This document shows positions 30,870 through 32,000 of a stretch of 32,000 bases of DNA, piece after piece. Below the pieces are notes generated by a model. It searched no databases and was not told where the DNA came from. It saw only the letters and a program-made list of their open reading frames with translations. The stretch spans positions 180,001 through 212,000 of the forward strand of contig NC_014735.1 of NCBI RefSeq assembly GCF_000172995.2, written 5' to 3'. Source of the DNA: Halogeometricum borinquense DSM 11551. Lineage in GTDB: Archaea > Halobacteriota > Halobacteria > Halobacteriales > Haloferacaceae. The stretch's first letter is position 1. Every line of letters begins with the position of its first letter. The position numbers and the translations under genes were made by a program.

Positions 30870-32000
30870 TTACCGATACCCAAGGGCCTCCAATTGTTCC
30901 ATTCGCTGCACATCATCGATTCCACGCACGTCCCCTGACATCGTCTTCACGCTAGGGAATGGTTCGCTTCGCACCTTCTCTCGTAGCTCGTTGGTGACAG
31001 TTCCGTATTCATCTTCTGTACCATCACGACGTTTGATGACGTATCCATCTGGTCCTGTAACCCGGATTGATGTATTCGATTTGCTGACCGTGAGGCGACT
31101 AGACGAATCAAGTAACGGATGCGTATCATCTCGAGGATGACTTTGCTGATCAAGCACTGAAGCGACAGTTGCCGGGATATCTGCATGCTGGACACGGTGC
31201 TGAACGATATCACCCGCATGGTTTTCAGAGGGGAATTTGACCGCTAGTGGCACATCAATAAGTTCTTCAACTGGATCGATAGTCATCGGGTGCCACATAT
31301 AGCCATGTTCACCAAACAGCTCGCCGTGATCACTGGCGAGGATGATAAGCGCGTCATCGTACCAATCTTGTGATTGGAGTTCCAGTAGAGCGCGTCCTAG
31401 CCCCCGATCAAGATATCTGACGTTTGCTTCGTAGAGTTCCCAGAGTAGGTCCTGGTGTTCCTTGCTCGGTGGGTCATCTTCACGTTCATAATCGTTCAGA
31501 TATCCGAGTTTCTCTTTCGTAACGGTTACTTTCGGGCCATCAATGGCACGTTCCGGGATGAACGGTTTGTGTGCGTCCATATAGTGGGCCCAGAGGAATT
31601 CCGGAGGGTCTCGGGTTTCTGCAAGCAGCCAGTCCGTCACTACGTCGGCGTCCTTCGCTGGCTTTGAGTACGGTGGTGATTCACTGAGAGATTTATACCA
31701 GCTATAGAGTCGTTTGAGAGTCTGTGAATTTTTAACGTGTTCAATTTCTACAATGCGCTCGAATAGTGAACCGGAAGCTTTGTTCTGATGTGTAGGAAGA
31801 GAGGTATCTGCAAAATCATCAACCCCACGTGAATAACCACGATCTGCCCGCAGATGGCCGTTATTCGTGAATGCGACTGTGCGCCCATCAAATAACTCGG
31901 CAATAGTGGATGTCCCAGATTTGAATTTGCCATCGTCAATAGCTGGAGTACCAGCGATGATCCCAGGGAAGGCGTGTGGTGTGGCGACACCACTAGAGAT
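30870..32000 (-). CDS. Sulfatase-family (alkaline phosphatase superfamily) protein, 5' end outside the window
   Basis: ILASDHGELFGEHGYMWH is the sulfatase-family metal-site motif. My translation shows the frame of track ORF 30870..31640 remains open upstream to nt 32000 (...ISSGVATPHAFPGIIAGTPAIDDGKFKSGTSTIAELFDGRTVAFTNNGHLRADRGYSRGVDDFADTSLPTHQNKASGSLFERIVEIEHVKNSQTLKRLYSWYKSLSESPPYSKPAKDADVV-TDWLLAE...). The GTG at 31640 is therefore internal. Confidence 0.8.
   Translation of the reverse strand: MSSGVATPHAFPGIIAGTPAIDDGKFKSGTSTIAELFDGRTVAFTNNGHLRADRGYSRGVDDFADTSLPTHQNKASGSLFERIVEIEHVKNSQTLKRLYSWYKSLSESPPYSKPAKDADVVTDWLLAETRDPPEFLWAHYMDAHKPFIPERAIDGPKVTVTKEKLGYLNDYEREDDPPSKEHQDLLWELYEANVRYLDRGLGRALLELQSQDWYDDALIILASDHGELFGEHGYMWHPMTIDPVEELIDVPLAVKFPSENHAGDIVQHRVQHADIPATVASVLDQQSHPRDDTHPLLDSSSRLTVSKSNTSIRVTGPDGYVIKRRDGTEDEYGTVTNELREKVRSEPFPSVKTMSGDVRGIDDVQRMEQLEALGYR

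Larger units (their letters stand above)
27090..32000. other. Low-GC compositional island (glycan assembly and modification genes)
   Basis: Hand counts of 60-nt lines: 67% G+C at 1201, 32% at 29101, 47% at 31261. The 28513-28861 spacer is visibly very AT-rich. Confidence 0.8.

Noticed and set aside
31748-31993. 81-aa minus-strand track ORF upstream of the sulfatase fragment
   Set aside because: It is in a different frame from the sulfatase. The sulfatase frame itself is open from 31640 to 32000 with sulfatase-fold-like sequence, so this ORF is an overlapping shadow.

Overview
GC-rich haloarchaeal chromosomal segment. A hand-counted 60-nt line at 1201 is 67% G+C. Proteins are acidic, PGF-CTERM sorting signals are present, and TATA-like boxes lie about 30 nt upstream of start codons. 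Nearly the whole window concerns the cell envelope. Left to right: (i) a tightly coupled three-gene surface operon: a 5'-truncated alpha-2-macroglobulin-type thioester protein (YPYGCVEQ), a secreted dockerin-bearing protein, and a cohesin-domain protein anchored by PGF-CTERM. (ii) A small acidic ORF and a Thr/Pro-rich surface protein. (iii) A csg-like S-layer glycoprotein with PGF-CTERM and about 20 N-x-S/T sequons by hand count. (iv) A hypothetical protein with an HTH and possibly degenerate LAGLIDADG-like motifs. (v) A ~9 kb minus-strand operon: two paralogous ~1000-aa double-FtsX (MacB-like) permeases, a single ABC ATPase, a GT-C-like polytopic membrane protein and a DUF457-type membrane hydrolase. 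It is divergent from a GT2 Dol-P-sugar-synthase-like gene. (vi) A REC-PAS-histidine kinase whose receiver carries Glu at the phospho-acceptor position. (vii) A complete dTDP-L-rhamnose pathway (rmlA/B/C/D), a NUDIX hydrolase, and two small zinc-ribbon ORFs missing from the ORF track (<60 aa). (viii) From ~27.1 kb to the right edge, a low-GC island (sampled lines 32% and 47% G+C) with a Wzx-like flippase, a second GT-C-like membrane protein, and a sulfatase-family gene that runs off the window. I saw no rRNA/tRNA, CRISPR array, transposase or integrase. All domain calls rest on by-eye motif recognition, because no database search or structure prediction was possible.
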